Source: Eledone cirrhosa
Taxonomy: Eukaryota
Direction of reading: 5' to 3'
DNA length: 64,000 nt
Assembly (NCBI GenBank): GCA_964016885.1
Contig: OZ024748.1
Location: 56,854,001 to 56,918,000, forward strand
The notes beneath the pieces are model-generated. The model searched no databases. It saw only the letters and a program-made list of their open reading frames with translations, and was not told where the DNA came from. Of the stretch, positions 13,088-26,657 are shown one piece after another (position 1 is the stretch's first letter; every line of letters begins with the position of its first letter). A program made the translations under genes and the position numbers.

Positions 13088-13299
13088 AATATATAAACAA
13101 CTATCTGTTTGTGGAACCAACCAACCAACCAGAAATTTATAAATTTATAAATTTATTATAAATTTATTATAATAATAAATTGAAGTGAACGCAACTGGTG
13201 CGTGTGTTTCTTATTGGCAACATGACCCTCCCAAAGTATAACAATATCGGTTTCAACTCACGATTTCAGATAAAGAATCTTGCTAAACAAATTCAGAAA

Positions 13300-13392
<93 letters not shown>

Positions 13393-13492
13393 GTGTGTGT
13401 TTTGCGTATAAGTTGTGATGAGATATAGTTAACGAAGTCTCAAAGAAATTAATGGTTTATTTGGAAGGAAAATTAATCATTATTATACTAAA

Positions 13493-13782
13493 AACTTTGC
13501 CTTTCATCCTTACGGGGTCGATAAAATAATGTACCAGAAATACACTGGGATAATTGCTGGCCTTGTGCCCAAAGTAGAAACAATTATGTCTAATAACTGT
13601 TTCAACTTTTGGCACAAGACCAGCAAATTACCTAGTACATTACTGGTACTTTATTTTATCGACCCCGTAAGGATGAAAGGTAAAGTTAACCTCGACGAGA
13701 TTTGAACTCAGACCGTAAATGGATGTAACTATGCTAGAAAGCATGGTGTCCAAACCTCTAACGATACTGTCAATTCACCACC
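13493..13782. mobile_element. Two family A SINEs tail-to-tail (5'-truncated + copy 13493-13586; full-length - copy about 13593-13782)
   Basis: Same centre and tail motifs as 9267-9457, in opposite orientations. Confidence 0.88.
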
Positions 13783-13869
13783 CTTTACTGCCAATTCACT
13801 TCCCTTTACTGCTAATTCACTTCCCTTTACTGCCAATTCACTTCCCTTTACTGCTAATTCACTTCCCTT
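13765..13869. repeat. 21-bp tandem repeat x5 derived from the SINE 5' head
   Basis: Unit TACTGCYAATTCACTTCCCTT at 13765, 13786, 13807, 13828, 13849. Confidence 0.9.
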
Positions 13870-13944
13870 TATGTCTAATAACGTGAAGACGTGAGTCGTA
13901 GTGGATATAATTTTAGACGTGTGATCATAAAGACCTAGTTTCTA

Positions 13945-14168
13945 TTTCTGGACCCTGTTGTGTGTTGTTTTCTAAAACAATCCCTTTCTTTTCATGTATA
14001 TAATAGTAAGATTGAAACATTTCTGGACCGTGTTGTGTTGTTTTCTAAAACAATCCCTTTCTTTTCATGTATATAATAGTAAGATTGAAACATTTCTGGA
14101 CCGTGTTGTGTTGTTTTCTTAAACAATCCCTTTCTTTTCATGTTGTATATATTAGTAAGATTGAACCA
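13945..14168. repeat. About 73-75-bp tandem triplication of a diverged family B SINE segment plus flank
   Basis: TTTCTGGACC.TGTTGTGTTGTTTTCTAAAACAATCCCTTTCTTTTCATGTATA..TAGTAAGATTGAA occurs three times. Confidence 0.85.
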
Positions 14169-14354
14169 TTATCATTAAAACTCACGAGAAATATTCTAAT
14201 ATTCTAGAAAATACCTCATAGGAGGTCACCTAAATTCACTTACATAAGAGGGTTTCAAATGTTCTTATTCTCAGACAGGAACAAATAAACATCTCGATTG
14301 GAACTTATCTACCTTTTCATCATCATAAGCTTCTTTTACTTAAATACTTAAATA

Positions 14355-14705
14355 TCATCATCAATATCGTCATCATCATCATCATCATCATCACCTCCTC
14401 CTCCTCCTTCTTCTTCTTCTTCTTCTTCTTCTCTTCTTCTTCTTCTTCTTCTTCTTCTTCTTCTTCTTCTTCTTCTTCTTCTTCTTCTTCTTCTTCTTCT
14501 TCTTCTTCTTCTTTGTCCTCGTTGTCGTTGCCATCAACCTTCTCATGCAATATGCCAGGATCCTCCTCATCATCATCATCATCATCATCATCATCAACAT
14601 CATAAACATCATCATCACCACAACCACAACTACGACCAACACTACCACCACCACCACCACCACCACCACCACCATAATCACCATCATCATCGTGTTCATC
14701 CTCAT
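14355..14705. repeat. Compound trinucleotide microsatellite (CAT/CTT/CAC)
   Basis: Read directly; source of spurious poly-E/D/G ORFs. Confidence 0.9.
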
Positions 14706-14960
14706 CGGTATGTACCCTCTTCACCAGAGTTTGCCCTCGTCTATGTCTTCCATTCCCTCAGTGTCGTCTCCCTCTAAACCATCACTGTTGTCATCTGTCA
14801 CTACTCCTTTTACATATTTATGTGTTTAATTATATATGTAAGTTTCTAGTCGGAGATACACATTTACACTTATATGAAGATACATATATATACACACACA
14901 CTTACACACGTGTATAAATGATATATAATATACCTATGTATATATATATATATATATACG

Positions 14961-15064
<104 letters not shown>

Positions 15065-15109
15065 TGTATGTATGTATGTATGTATGTATATATATATGTA
15101 TGTATATAG

Positions 15110-15530
15110 TATGTCAGGTCACCAGTTGGTGCTACTGGTAACATGTATGCCTGTACAACCTGTCTCATGGTCGCGTCGTTGGCGACTAAACTGGCAACCC
15201 TACCAAGGTTTCTTGGTGAGGAGGGTGACTTTGTACATCCTGCAGGATTAAAAACAAAACCTGTTAAAGGGCAAAGGAGCTCTTAAGAGTCAATGGCCAT
15301 CCAAAATCACCTGGAGAGATGACCCCTTACCCTTTGTCAAGGCAGAATTCTAGGAGAAGGAAAACTCTGATATAACACCTGCAACCCTGATGGTATCCAA
15401 TGATGTTGACTTGTTCTTCTTTTTGGTAAATATCATCTTGGTTAAGAGAGTGGGACTGGCTTTGTGCAGTGCCTTTGTTCACTATAAAAGCTTCACGGCA
15501 CAGGCATTGCTTTATATCTGGAGATCTCTC
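15110..15530 (+). mobile_element. 5' UTR fragment of a related RTE family
   Basis: 15348-15510 aligns by eye with 22579-22761 (TTCTAGGAGAAGG..AACTCYGATATAA.ACCTGC..ATGATGTTGA..AGAGAGTGGGAYTGG..GCACAGGCATTGC). Starts right after a (TA)/(TATG) tract. Confidence 0.7.
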
Positions 15531-15670
15531 TGCACTTGTCGTCACAGGGTACAATGGGCCCAGTACTATGTGTCAATAATTGTTACAAGTGTAGTGTTTG
15601 TACCAGAGTGTTCAAGTCGCTGGCTGGACTAAAAATTCACACTTTTTCAACGCATCGGTAAGGGTTCTCC

Positions 15671-15870
15671 NNNNNNNNNNNNNNNNNNNNNNNNNNNNNN
15701 NNNNNNNNNNNNNNNNNNNNNNNNNNNNNNNNNNNNNNNNNNNNNNNNNNNNNNNNNNNNNNNNNNNNNNNNNNNNNNNNNNNNNNNNNNNNNNNNNNNN
15801 NNNNNNNNNNNNNNNNNNNNNNNNNNNNNNNNNNNNNNNNNNNNNNNNNNNNNNNNNNNNNNNNNNNNNN
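15671..15870. other. Assembly gap (200 N)
   Basis: Run of N. Confidence 1.
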
Positions 15871-15974
15871 TGGTGGTGGTGGTAGTGGTCGTGGTGGTGG
15901 TAGTGATGGTCATAACTAGGTGTCGATATTATAGTTCTGATCATATGCAAATTAGGCTGCTCAGCCGTTAATAT

Positions 15975-16330
15975 ACATAAGGAAAGTATATACTTTCAAA
16001 TGTTCAATCAACTGACAGGAAGGTATATAGTGCTGATGACAGCTAATAAGCTAGAAACTAGTTCATCGTTCCTTTGTCAGTGTTGAATAAATAGGGCAGC
16101 GATGGTTGCCGAACTCTGTACGGCTTAATTCGGGCTGTTTGTTTACAAACAAACCGAGAATTATAATAAATGTTGGGTAAACCCATACGTACATATATAT
16201 ATATATATGTGCATGTATGTATATATGTATATACATACTACTGTACGTCTGTATACATATATATATGTACGTATACATACTTATATTTAAGTATCAGCCG
16301 TACTAAGAGTGAGAAAGGAAATTTCATTTG
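15975..16330 (+). mobile_element. Hammerhead-bearing dispersed element; reversed homologue at 32400-32738
   Basis: Shares CATAAGGAAAGTATATACTTTCA, GTACGGCTTAATTCGGG, TACTACTGTACGTCTGTATACAT and CAGCCGTACTAAGAG with the minus strand of 32400-32738. Confidence 0.85.
16030..16066 (+). ncRNA. Type I hammerhead motif (decayed stem I)
   Basis: GTG-CTGATGA-C AGCT aata AGCT A-GAAA-CTAG-TT-CAT; palindromic stem III ACTAGT. Confidence 0.62.
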
Positions 16331-16376
16331 TTCTATATATATATATAGAACAAATATTCTCTCTCTCTCTCTCCCC

Positions 16377-16499
<123 letters not shown>

Positions 16500-16540
16500 G
16501 AGGCTCTTCATAAAATTTCCTTCATCGGTTTTCTCCTTAA

Positions 16541-17060
16541 GTCGGATTGGCAGTATCGGTAATGGGTCGGACGCCATGCTTTGCAGCAAAGAGTTACGGC
16601 CCGTTATGGTCTGAGTTCAAATCCCGCCGAGGTTAACTTTGCCTTTCATCCTTACGGGATCGATAAAATAAAGTATCAGTAATACACTGGTATAATTGCT
16701 GGCCTTGTGCTCTAAAGATACTGCCAATCCAACAATTATATGGTATATAATTGTTTCTACTGTTGGTACAAGGCCAGCAATTACCCGGTACAATACTGGT
16801 ACTTTATTTTATCGCGTCCGTAAGGATGAAAGGCAAAGTTAACCTCGGCGGGATTTGAACTCTATGGTATATAATTGTTTCTACTTTTGGCACAAGGCCA
16901 TCAATTATCCCAGTGCATTACTGGTACTTTATTTTATCGACCTCGTAAGGATGAAAGGCAAAGTCAACCTCGGCGGGATTTGAACTCAGATGGTAAAGGG
17001 ACGTAACTATGCTGGAAAGCATGGTGTCTGACCCTCTACCGATACTGCCAATCCACCGCC
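16541..17060. mobile_element. Cluster of three family A SINEs (+ 16541-16710; - truncated 16748-16862; - full length 16873-17060)
   Basis: A/B boxes and centre motif present. TATGGTATATAAT is repeated at 16739, 16863 and 17066. Confidence 0.9.
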
Positions 17061-17344
17061 CACTCTATGGTATATAATGAAAGCCCCTAAGTGTTGGTTA
17101 TGTATCCTAATCATATGTTTATTATCTTAAGTACTTGATGATTTAATGTTATTTCTATCTCATTGTTTGGTTTTAATAATTTAAATGTGTATCTTAAGTT
17201 CTGTTGATGTATTTGTCACCATAATCTTTGTTTTAACTCCTTCCTGAAGTCGCCAACTATTGTGAAGTCTGTTTGTTTTGAATTCCACCATTATCTAAAT
17301 ATGTCTGGTTTCGGAGCAGAATATTAGTTTCAATGTTTCCATAT

Positions 17345-17384
<40 letters not shown>

Positions 17385-17680
17385 CATCGTCCTCATCATC
17401 GTCATCATCTTCGTCATCATCTCCATCGTTATCATTACCATCATCACCATCATCGCCATCATCAATTACATCGAAATCATCGGCATCGCCATCATCAACA
17501 CCATCACCATTATCATCAGCAGCATCACAATCATCAACTTCTTCATCATCATCATCATCATCACTCTTATCATCAAAATCATCACCATCATCATCATCAT
17601 CATCATCATCATTATCGTCGTCGTCGTCGTCGTCATCATCATCATCATCATTACCACTATCATCATCACCATCATGATCA
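17345..17680. repeat. Degenerate (CAT)n trinucleotide tract
   Basis: Read directly. Confidence 0.9.
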
Positions 17681-18428
17681 TTTATTATCACGGTCGGTTA
17701 TCTTCCTCATGGTCATTATAAAAATTACAATAAACATAAACTTCACATCATCGTTATGATAATCACCATCACCAATATGTTCCTAAAAAACACTTACAAA
17801 CACTTCCCTCCTGCTACTTCTTCTATTTCTTCTACTCCTTCTACTCCTCTACTCTACTCCCCCCTTCACCACATTCTCCTGCTGGTAAAGAGCTCATTTT
17901 TTATTGTTTTATTTACATATCTATTTACATACTTTTTGTACGCCAACTGAAATATTTATTTAGCTCTATATGCTTCTGCATATTTCTATTTTCCTTATGA
18001 ATTTTAATTACTCTAAGAAAAACAAAGATTTCAAAAATATAAATATAAATATAAAGACAGTAATAGAAAGCCAGGCAAAATAAATATATGAACGTATGTT
18101 ATTTGAAACCTTGCTGGTACTTTTCTACGCCACATCATAATTTACATCATACCTTCTTCTACTTGTCCATTATGGTCTGTCTTCATATTTTTTGCACCCC
18201 CACCACCACACCACCACCACCAGCACCACCACATATCAGTTTCATTCAGCTTTCCCCTCGACACCTATCCTTCATTCTGCTTCGTACTACCCTCCTCTTC
18301 CTACTACCCCTCACTCTCCTCCCAACCCTCCTTTCCTCCTCTCCTATCCCTCCTATACCCCCTCCATCGCCCTCCACACCCTCCCCTGCTTCCTCCTCCT
18401 CCTCCTCCTCCTCCTCCTCATCCTCATC

Positions 18429-18461
<33 letters not shown>

Positions 18462-18499
18462 GACACACACACTCACACATACACAAATATAAATATATA

Positions 18500-18935
18500 T
18501 ATATAAAGGTGTATTCCCGTCTGTTTGTCAGTTTGTTCGTTTTTCACGAACTACTTCTACGGTTTTGTAGATAGACCCCATAACCATATATATTCTGAAA
18601 CCACATTGCCCAGGGTACTTGGATAAGTATATTTCATTTTAATCACAGGGTTCCACGAGGGCACAAACACCCGCTGAAAACCCCCGCTGAAAATCCTTTC
18701 CCTTCGATTTATATCAAATTTAAACCCTAGGTAAATGACAAGATATGAGGGATATTCACAAAATTTCAGCAAATTTCAATATTATTAAGACACCCTAATG
18801 GGGGTTAAACCCCATATTAGAGTTCCCCGGATGCACAAACCCCCGCTGAAAATGTTTTGCCTTCGATTTATATGAAATTTAAACCATAGGTAAATGACAA
18901 CATATGCAGCCTATTCACAAAATTTCAGCAAATTA
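18500..18935 (+). mobile_element. Unclassified repeat with about 160-bp internal direct duplication (possibly non-autonomous Helitron-like)
   Basis: CCCGCTGAAAAT..CCTTCGATTTATAT.AAATTTAAACC.TAGGTAAATGACAA.ATATG..ATTCACAAAATTTCAGCAAATT at about 18683 and about 18842. Starts TATATATAAAG..GTCTGTTTGTC. Classification is a guess. Confidence 0.4.
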
Positions 18936-19895
18936 CATCTAAATCAAGTGTTGATGATACCGGCTCAGTAGCATAGACGGAATATATCACCTCCAAAGGT
19001 TTGGCATCGAATTTGAAAACATCACTTTCATGTAATTTTACTCCTACCAACGAATCAGAAACAATATAGTGCTGTGTTAAACAGTAAAGCCTGACATTTC
19101 GAAGTATACAGGATTATATATAACTGCATATACACAAATCTAGCAAAAGATATTTCCTTAACAACAGCATAAACCCAAATCGAGAAACATACGAATGAAT
19201 AGTTCATAGGTTAGATGCTAGAGCTGTGGAATCTTGCACATATTACTTTCATCTCTTCATATTAATAACTACGTTGTTTCTGTCCAAAGACTATGTTGAA
19301 AAGTAAACATCATTTGGTTATCCCATGAGAGTATCATGGTCAACCTATGAATGTTTCAGGCCATGATCTTTTCAGCCGAGCCTCGTATAGCGGTGAGTTA
19401 AACTATATCAACAAATCTCAGGAATATTATAGGTATGTATTCAAAGGAATTTTGTAAAATGTAAGGAGATGTTTTACAAATTTCAGTAGCATATCTGTAG
19501 AGATATCCAAAATAGATTGACAACATCAATTAGAGTTATTTTAGCTGATACATGTCAGGTTTTAAAGAAATATTTCAGTGCAGTCACTAAGAAGATATTC
19601 TCTGTATGAATATCGAAATTCTATTCATATCTGTCTTTTTTATAGTAACTAATATTCTAAATTACTGGTTGTGTTTGTGAATATCCAAATATATTTAATC
19701 AGTTTAATGGAAGTTGTGATAATCCTAAGGGATATATATCTTTTTATGTATTTTTTTTTTTTGGGGGGGGGTGCAAATTTGGCTTTCTGGTCAGTTCTTC
19801 GGAAGATTAAAAAACATACTATGAAGATATATATATATACATATATATATCTTCATAGTATAAATATATATTTCAAAGTATATATATATATATAC

Positions 19896-19985
<90 letters not shown>

Positions 19986-20050
19986 ATACATATGTATATA
20001 TCTATATATATATGTGTGTGTATATATATATGTATGTATATATATGCATC

Positions 20051-20098
<48 letters not shown>

Positions 20099-20897
20099 GC
20101 TAGCCACAGTGAGATGAAAGCGCACTTAGTTTCGTCGGTATAATATACTAAATAAACTCAAAGCTGGGACACATCTGTGACAGGAAAAATGGAAGGCACT
20201 GAAACAAAACACAATCATGGAAAGAAGGAGAAGACGTGTAGAATCGAGACATTACACAAACAGATTAAAAAGTGCAAAAGGGAAACCGAATAAAATACAT
20301 CTAAACCTTCATCATCAGCTGACCGCTCAGGAGCCAGGGTTTATTGGTGCAAAAGGTCAGGAAAACCTAGCTCGGATTTTCACCGATCTGTAATACGTAG
20401 ATTGGTGAGACGTCGTTCTGAATCTGTGTTTAAAACAAAGCAACGCATGTACAATATATATATATATATATATATATACCTGATGACAGAGAGAAAGAGT
20501 TCACGTGTACGTGTAAGTGCATCTGTGTGTGTGTGTGTGTACATGTGGGTGTGTGAGTGTATGTGTATATGTGTGTATGTACATCTATAATAAATTGTTT
20601 CTATTTTCTCTCTTGCCTTCATAATCTTATCTTTATTCCAGTTGTAAAATGATATTCATTATTAAATGTAGAGCCATATTTTTAGCTAGAATTGTAATGC
20701 TATTAGTGAATTGTGTTGCTAATGGCACTATGTGCTAAGTATAGTACTCTGGTAATTTTTATTGTCTCATTCTTATTGGGATATTTTTAACCATAATGAC
20801 GTCAGTGGCATTTGAACTCAGAATGTTCAAACCAACAACAAATACCACTACGCCATTTTAACTGATGCCCTGCAATATCTATTAATCCACAACTAAA

Positions 20898-21290
20898 TAA
20901 TTGTTTCTACTTTAGGCACAAGGCCAGCAGTTACCCAGTACATTACTGGTACTTTATTTTATCGACCAGGTAAGGATGAAAGGCAAAGTTAACCTCGACG
21001 GGATTTGAACTCAGACCGTAAAGGGACGTAAATATGCTAGAGAGCATGGCGTCCACCCTCTACCGATACTGCCAATTCACCACCTTAATCCACAACTAAA
21101 TAACTGTTTCTACTGTTGGCACAATACCAGCAATTACCCAGTGCATTACTGGTACTTTATTTTATCGACCCCGTAAGGATGAAAGGCAAAGTTAACCTCG
21201 GCGGGATTTGAACTCAGATTATGCAGGGAGGTTACTCTATGCTTCAAAGCATGGCATCCGACCCTCTATTGATACTGTCAATCCACCACC
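20898..21290 (-). mobile_element. Two tandem family A SINEs separated and flanked by the same 19-bp direct repeat
   Basis: TTAATCCACAACTAAATAA at 20882, 21085 and 21291. Confidence 0.92.
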
Positions 21291-21520
21291 TTAATCCACA
21301 ACTAAATAATGGACAGTAATAGGACTACTAATAACATCCCCTTGAAGTTAAAGAAAATTAATTAGCGAAGGTTTAGTTATATAACTGCATGACAGGCTCT
21401 GGTTTCTTTACCTTTTATTTGTTTACCGTTTCTTTACACTTTCATTTAGCTGAGTCTAGAATCATCTTCTTATCTGATCTAGACACCACTATCCCCTTTC
21501 CGCTCATACTTATATAATAC

Positions 21521-21556
<36 letters not shown>

Positions 21557-21614
21557 CTGTGTGTGTGTGTGCGTGTGTGTATGTGTGTATGTGTGCGTGT
21601 GTGTGTATATATGA

Positions 21615-21645
<31 letters not shown>

Positions 21646-21665
21646 TGTATGTGTTTGTGTGTCAA

Positions 21666-21708
<43 letters not shown>

Positions 21709-21974
21709 ATATACATCACTCAGTCAAACAACCAGATTTCAATCCCAACATCTACAACAACAACAACACCGGCCCTAATGTTTACAGCAACAACAGCTTC
21801 AGAATGAACTGAAATGAACATTTACAACAATTACAACAACAACAACAACAGCGGCATCAAAACATAAAAAAAGGAAGGGAAAAGAAAAAAGAAAAGGGAA
21901 GGGGAAAAAAAAAAAAAAAAAAAAAAAGGAGAAAAAAAAAAAGAAAGGAAAAAAAAAAAAAAACTCAAAATAAC

Positions 21975-22007
<33 letters not shown>

Positions 22008-22449
22008 CAGAACAACAACATCAACTGCCACCACCACCACCACCGCCACCGCCGTCGCCATCACCATCACCAGCGACCTGGCCTTAAGAACAACTTTAAT
22101 AATAATTTTTCTGCTTTTGGCACGGATCCAGCGACTGGCCAGCGCATCACTGGTACTCTCTTTTGTTGACTCCGTGGAGAGCCATAACTCTATGCTGTAA
22201 AGCAATTATAGTAATACTGGACTGTAATACGATCGGCTTCAACTATACAAACTCTTGAAAGTCAACAGTTGACATAATCTGGTAATCTTGTATCAGTAAT
22301 GACGGTAATATATATATATATATATGTGTGTGTGTGCGTGTAAGTGAGTAGAGTAGCGTGTGTGTGTGTTTGTTGTGTGTGTGAGTGTTGCTGTGTGCAC
22401 GCATATGTATGCGTGTGTGTGTATGTCGTACGTATAAGTGTCAATAAGT

Positions 22450-22487
<38 letters not shown>

Positions 22488-22489
<2 letters not shown>

Positions 22490-22790
22490 GCGGGGACATA
22501 GAAATAATCGGGCTGGATGCCCGATCGCGCAGTTAAACCACTGGGAGTGAAGAACCCCTAGCCCATGTCGGGGTATTCTTCTAGGAGAAGGCATCTCAGG
22601 AAACTGGGTTAACTCCGATATAAAACCTGCGGCTCAGTAGTTACCGATGATGTTGATCTTTTCTTCTTTTCGGGTTATAGCTACTGTCGCTCAGAGAGTG
22701 GGATTGGTTCAGTGCACAGTCTTTCCTCACTTTAAAAATATTCGTCACGCACAGGCATTGCACGAGTGCATTAATAATTATTAATAGTGT

Positions 22791-22825
<35 letters not shown>

Positions 22826-25800
22826 TATTATTACTTTTTTTTTTTTTTTTTTTTTTTCCCCAATTCAATGATGTTCCAGAACAATGTAAACGAGATAATT
22901 GCCAATTTGGGTTCTGGAACAAAAAGGATCATTGGCAATAAGGGCAGGGGCCCCAAGTTATCACAACCTGGGCCCGCCCGTCATCGTGCCATTGTAATAG
23001 AGCCAAACAGGGCATTTAGTCTTGGCTGCTGGAACGTACGGACGCTGCTTGACAGGGATTCTTTGGAGCGTCCTGAACGAAGGACCGCTCTTGTTGCGAA
23101 GGAGCTTCGACGTTACGATCTTGACATCGTGGCTTTGTCTGAGACGAGGTTAGCTGGAGATGGTCATCTTACGGAATTTTGTGGAGAATATACATTCTTC
23201 TGGAAAGGAAGAGATGAAGGAACCAGAAGAGAGGCTGGGGTAGGATTTGCTGTTAAGACTGTACTGGTGAATAAATTGGAAGAATTCCCAGTGGGGATTA
23301 GTGAGCGTCTTATGTCCATGAGAGTTCCGCTGGACAAGGGAAGATATGCTACCCTGGTGAGTGTGTATGCTCCAACTATGAATTCTGTCGATGAAGAAAA
23401 ACTGTCCTTTTACCATGCCTTGAAAGGTGTTTTAAGAAATATCCCTCAGGCAGACAAAGTCATCGTGCTTGGTGACTTTAATGCTAGAGTGGGTAGGGAT
23501 TTTAACACATGGAATGTAATCGGAAGGCATGGGGTGGGAAAGTGTAACAGCAATGGTATGCTCTTGCTGCAGATGTGTGAGGAGCTGGATCTGTGTGTTA
23601 CCAACACCATGTTCCAACAAAAGAACAAATTCAAGACCACATGGATGCATCCTGCATCTAAGGAATGGCATCTTTTGGACTACGTCCTAGTCAGGATGCG
23701 TGACAGACAGGATGTGCGGTGTGTTCGTGTTCTTCGTGGAGCTGAGTGCTGGACGGACCACCGCCTGGTACGCGCAAAAGTGAATCTAATCACCAAACGT
23801 AAAATCCGGGCTCCTGGTGTTACCCTGCCCAAAAGATTGAATGCTGCTCGTCTTAAGGATAAAAATGTGAAGAGGACATTGGAAGAAGAGATGCAGGCTG
23901 CAGATCTTGGTGAGGATTGGCCGACCCTTAAAAAGTCGGTTTATGATGTAGGCAGACGTGTTCTGGGATTGGTGCAGAGAAAACATCAGGACTGGTTTGA
24001 TGAGAAAGATGTGCATATAGATGACTTGTTGGCTGATAAGAGGCGCGCTCTGTCACGCTACTTGACGGCAAGACCACAGGAGAGGAATACGTTGCATGAG
24101 GAGCTCAGGGATGTAAAATCACGTGTTAGGCGGAGTCTTTCTCAGATGAAGGATCAGTGGTGGAGTGAGAAGGCTGGTGAGATACAAACTGCGTCTGATT
24201 GCAATAACACAAAGCTGTTGTACAGTCTCTTGCGTGAGGTTTATGGACCGTCTTCTTCTCTGGTGACACCGATTCGCAGCAGGGATGGCAAAGAACTTCT
24301 TCGTGACTCACAGGGAATTCTACGAAGGTGGCGGGAGCACTTTGATGATCTTTTGAATCAGCCGTCTGTCGTCAGTGAAGATTTCCTCAATCTCATTCCG
24401 GAAAGTCCTGTGAAAGTAGCTCTCGCAGAGCCTCCGACACTTGTGGAGGTTGCAGTGGCTATTTCGAAGCTGAACAGTGGAAGATATCCAGGTATGGATG
24501 GCATACATGCTGAGCTCCTACAATATGGTGGTGAGAGACTCCTGCAGCATCTTCACTCTCTGTTTGGGGGGATATGGGCTAATGAATCCGTGCCTGAGGA
24601 CTGGAGAGATGCAGTAATGGTGGTCTTGTACAAGGGAAAGGGTAACAGGAATGATTGTGGGAACTACAGAGGTATATCATTGCTTTCTGTCGTGGGGAAA
24701 GTTTTATGTAGGGTGCTTCTGGACCGTCTGCTGACACACATTGCAGATTGTGTCCTTCCTGAAAGTCAATCTGGTTTTCGTGTTGGACGCGGCACTACTG
24801 ATATGATCTTCTCAGCTAGACAGCTCCAGGAGAAGTGCATTGAACAGGGCTTGGATCTGTATCAGGTTTTTGTCGATCTGACAAAGGCTTTCGATACTGT
24901 CAACAGAGATGCATTATGGAAGGTTCTCCAGAAACTTGGTTGCCCTGATAAGTTCCTTGCTTTAGTTAGGTCTTTCCATGACGACATGAAGGCTTGGGTT
25001 AATGTCGGAGGTAACATGTCGGAGCCTATCTCAGTAAAAAATGGAGTGAAACAGGGGGATATTCCAGCACCGACCCTGTTTGCCATATACTTTGCAATGG
25101 TTTTCTGTGTTGCATTCAGGAATTGCGAGCATGGTGTTTACATCCGATATCGAACCTCAGGCAGCATATTTAACATCAGGCGCTTTGCTGCGAAGACAAA
25201 AGTATTTACATCAGTCATAAGAGACCTCTTGTATGCAGATGATTGCGATCTTGTAGCGCACACAGAGAGTGATATGCAGCACATTTTGAATGTATTTTCT
25301 GACGCTTGCACTGCCCTGGGTTTGACTGTCAGTCTCAAGAAAACCGTCGTCATGTACCAACCTGCACCTGGTAGGCAGTACACTGAACCAAACATCTATG
25401 TGTATGGCAAACGACTTGGAGTGGTTGATCAGTTTGTCTACCTGGGAAGCACTGTCAATCGATACGGCAACCTTGACGGTGAAATCTCACTTAGGATTAG
25501 GAAAGCAAGTGATGCTTTCGGAAAGCTAGAAAGGCGACTCTGGGGTCGGCGAGACATATGCAGGAGGACAAAGGTAAAGGTGTACAGGGCATGTGTACTC
25601 TCTTGTCTTCTTTATGCCTGCGAGACCTGGGTCACATATCGACGCCACCTTAAGCAATTGGAGCGTTTCCATCAGATGTGTCTCAGACGGATACATGGCG
25701 TTCGCTGGAGGGACCACATCAGTGATGTCGAGATTTTGGAAAGCTCTATGTGTGACAGTATAGAAGCTCTTGTGCTTAAGCAGCGACTCCGTTGGAGTGG

Positions 25801-26421
25801 TCACCTTGCCAGGATGAAGGATTCTAGAATACCAAAACAACTCTTCTATGGAGAGTTGGTTAAAGGAAAACGACCGCCACATAAACCAAAAAAGAGGTAT
25901 AAGGATTCCTTGAAGGCCTCTCTGAAAGACGCTAACATCTCTGCTGATACATGGGAAAATATTGCTGCTGATCGTAATAAATGGAGAAAGACTGTATATG
26001 AGGGAAAAGTTGCCTTTGAGGCATCTCGAATCGCACACGAGAAAGTAAAGCGGGACGTGAGGAAGGGTATTGCTGTTGCACTTCCAGACGGCGAGGGTCC
26101 TCCTATGTTTCTGACATGCAGCGTCTGTGCGAGACTCTGCCTAAGCAAAGCTGGACTCGAAAGTCATCTTCGCAGTCATAAAGTAAGACCAGTGGTTGAC
26201 TACCAGGCTGCTGTTGGAGATGCTACTCATCATGCTTGCCAAACATGTGGTAGAGAATGTAAATCAGCAGGAGGACTCAAGCGACATGCAAAAGTACACG
26301 AACTCCAACCACAGCCGACTATTCCCAGTAAATGTTTTGGTTGCCGACTCTGTGCAAGACATTTTGGATCATTGGCTGGGCTAAAAAGCCACATTCGATC
26401 GCAGCACTGTTAGTTGCTATC

Positions 26422-26459
<38 letters not shown>

Positions 26460-26538
26460 GCTTATGTGCGTGCGTGTGTGTGTATATATATATGAATATG
26501 TATATTATTATTGTTGTTGTCGTTATTATTATTATTGC

Positions 26539-26624
<86 letters not shown>

Positions 26625-26657
26625 TGTGCAATGGCCATACTCGATAACGAGGGGGCA

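Noticed and set aside
13945-14168. Regularly spaced repeats here and at 20882-21309 that might look like CRISPR arrays
   Set aside because: The intervening sequences are themselves repeated or SINE-derived, the context is eukaryotic, and there are no cas genes.
23150-26384. Antisense and alternate-frame ORFs within the RTE
   Set aside because: Shadows of the main ORF.
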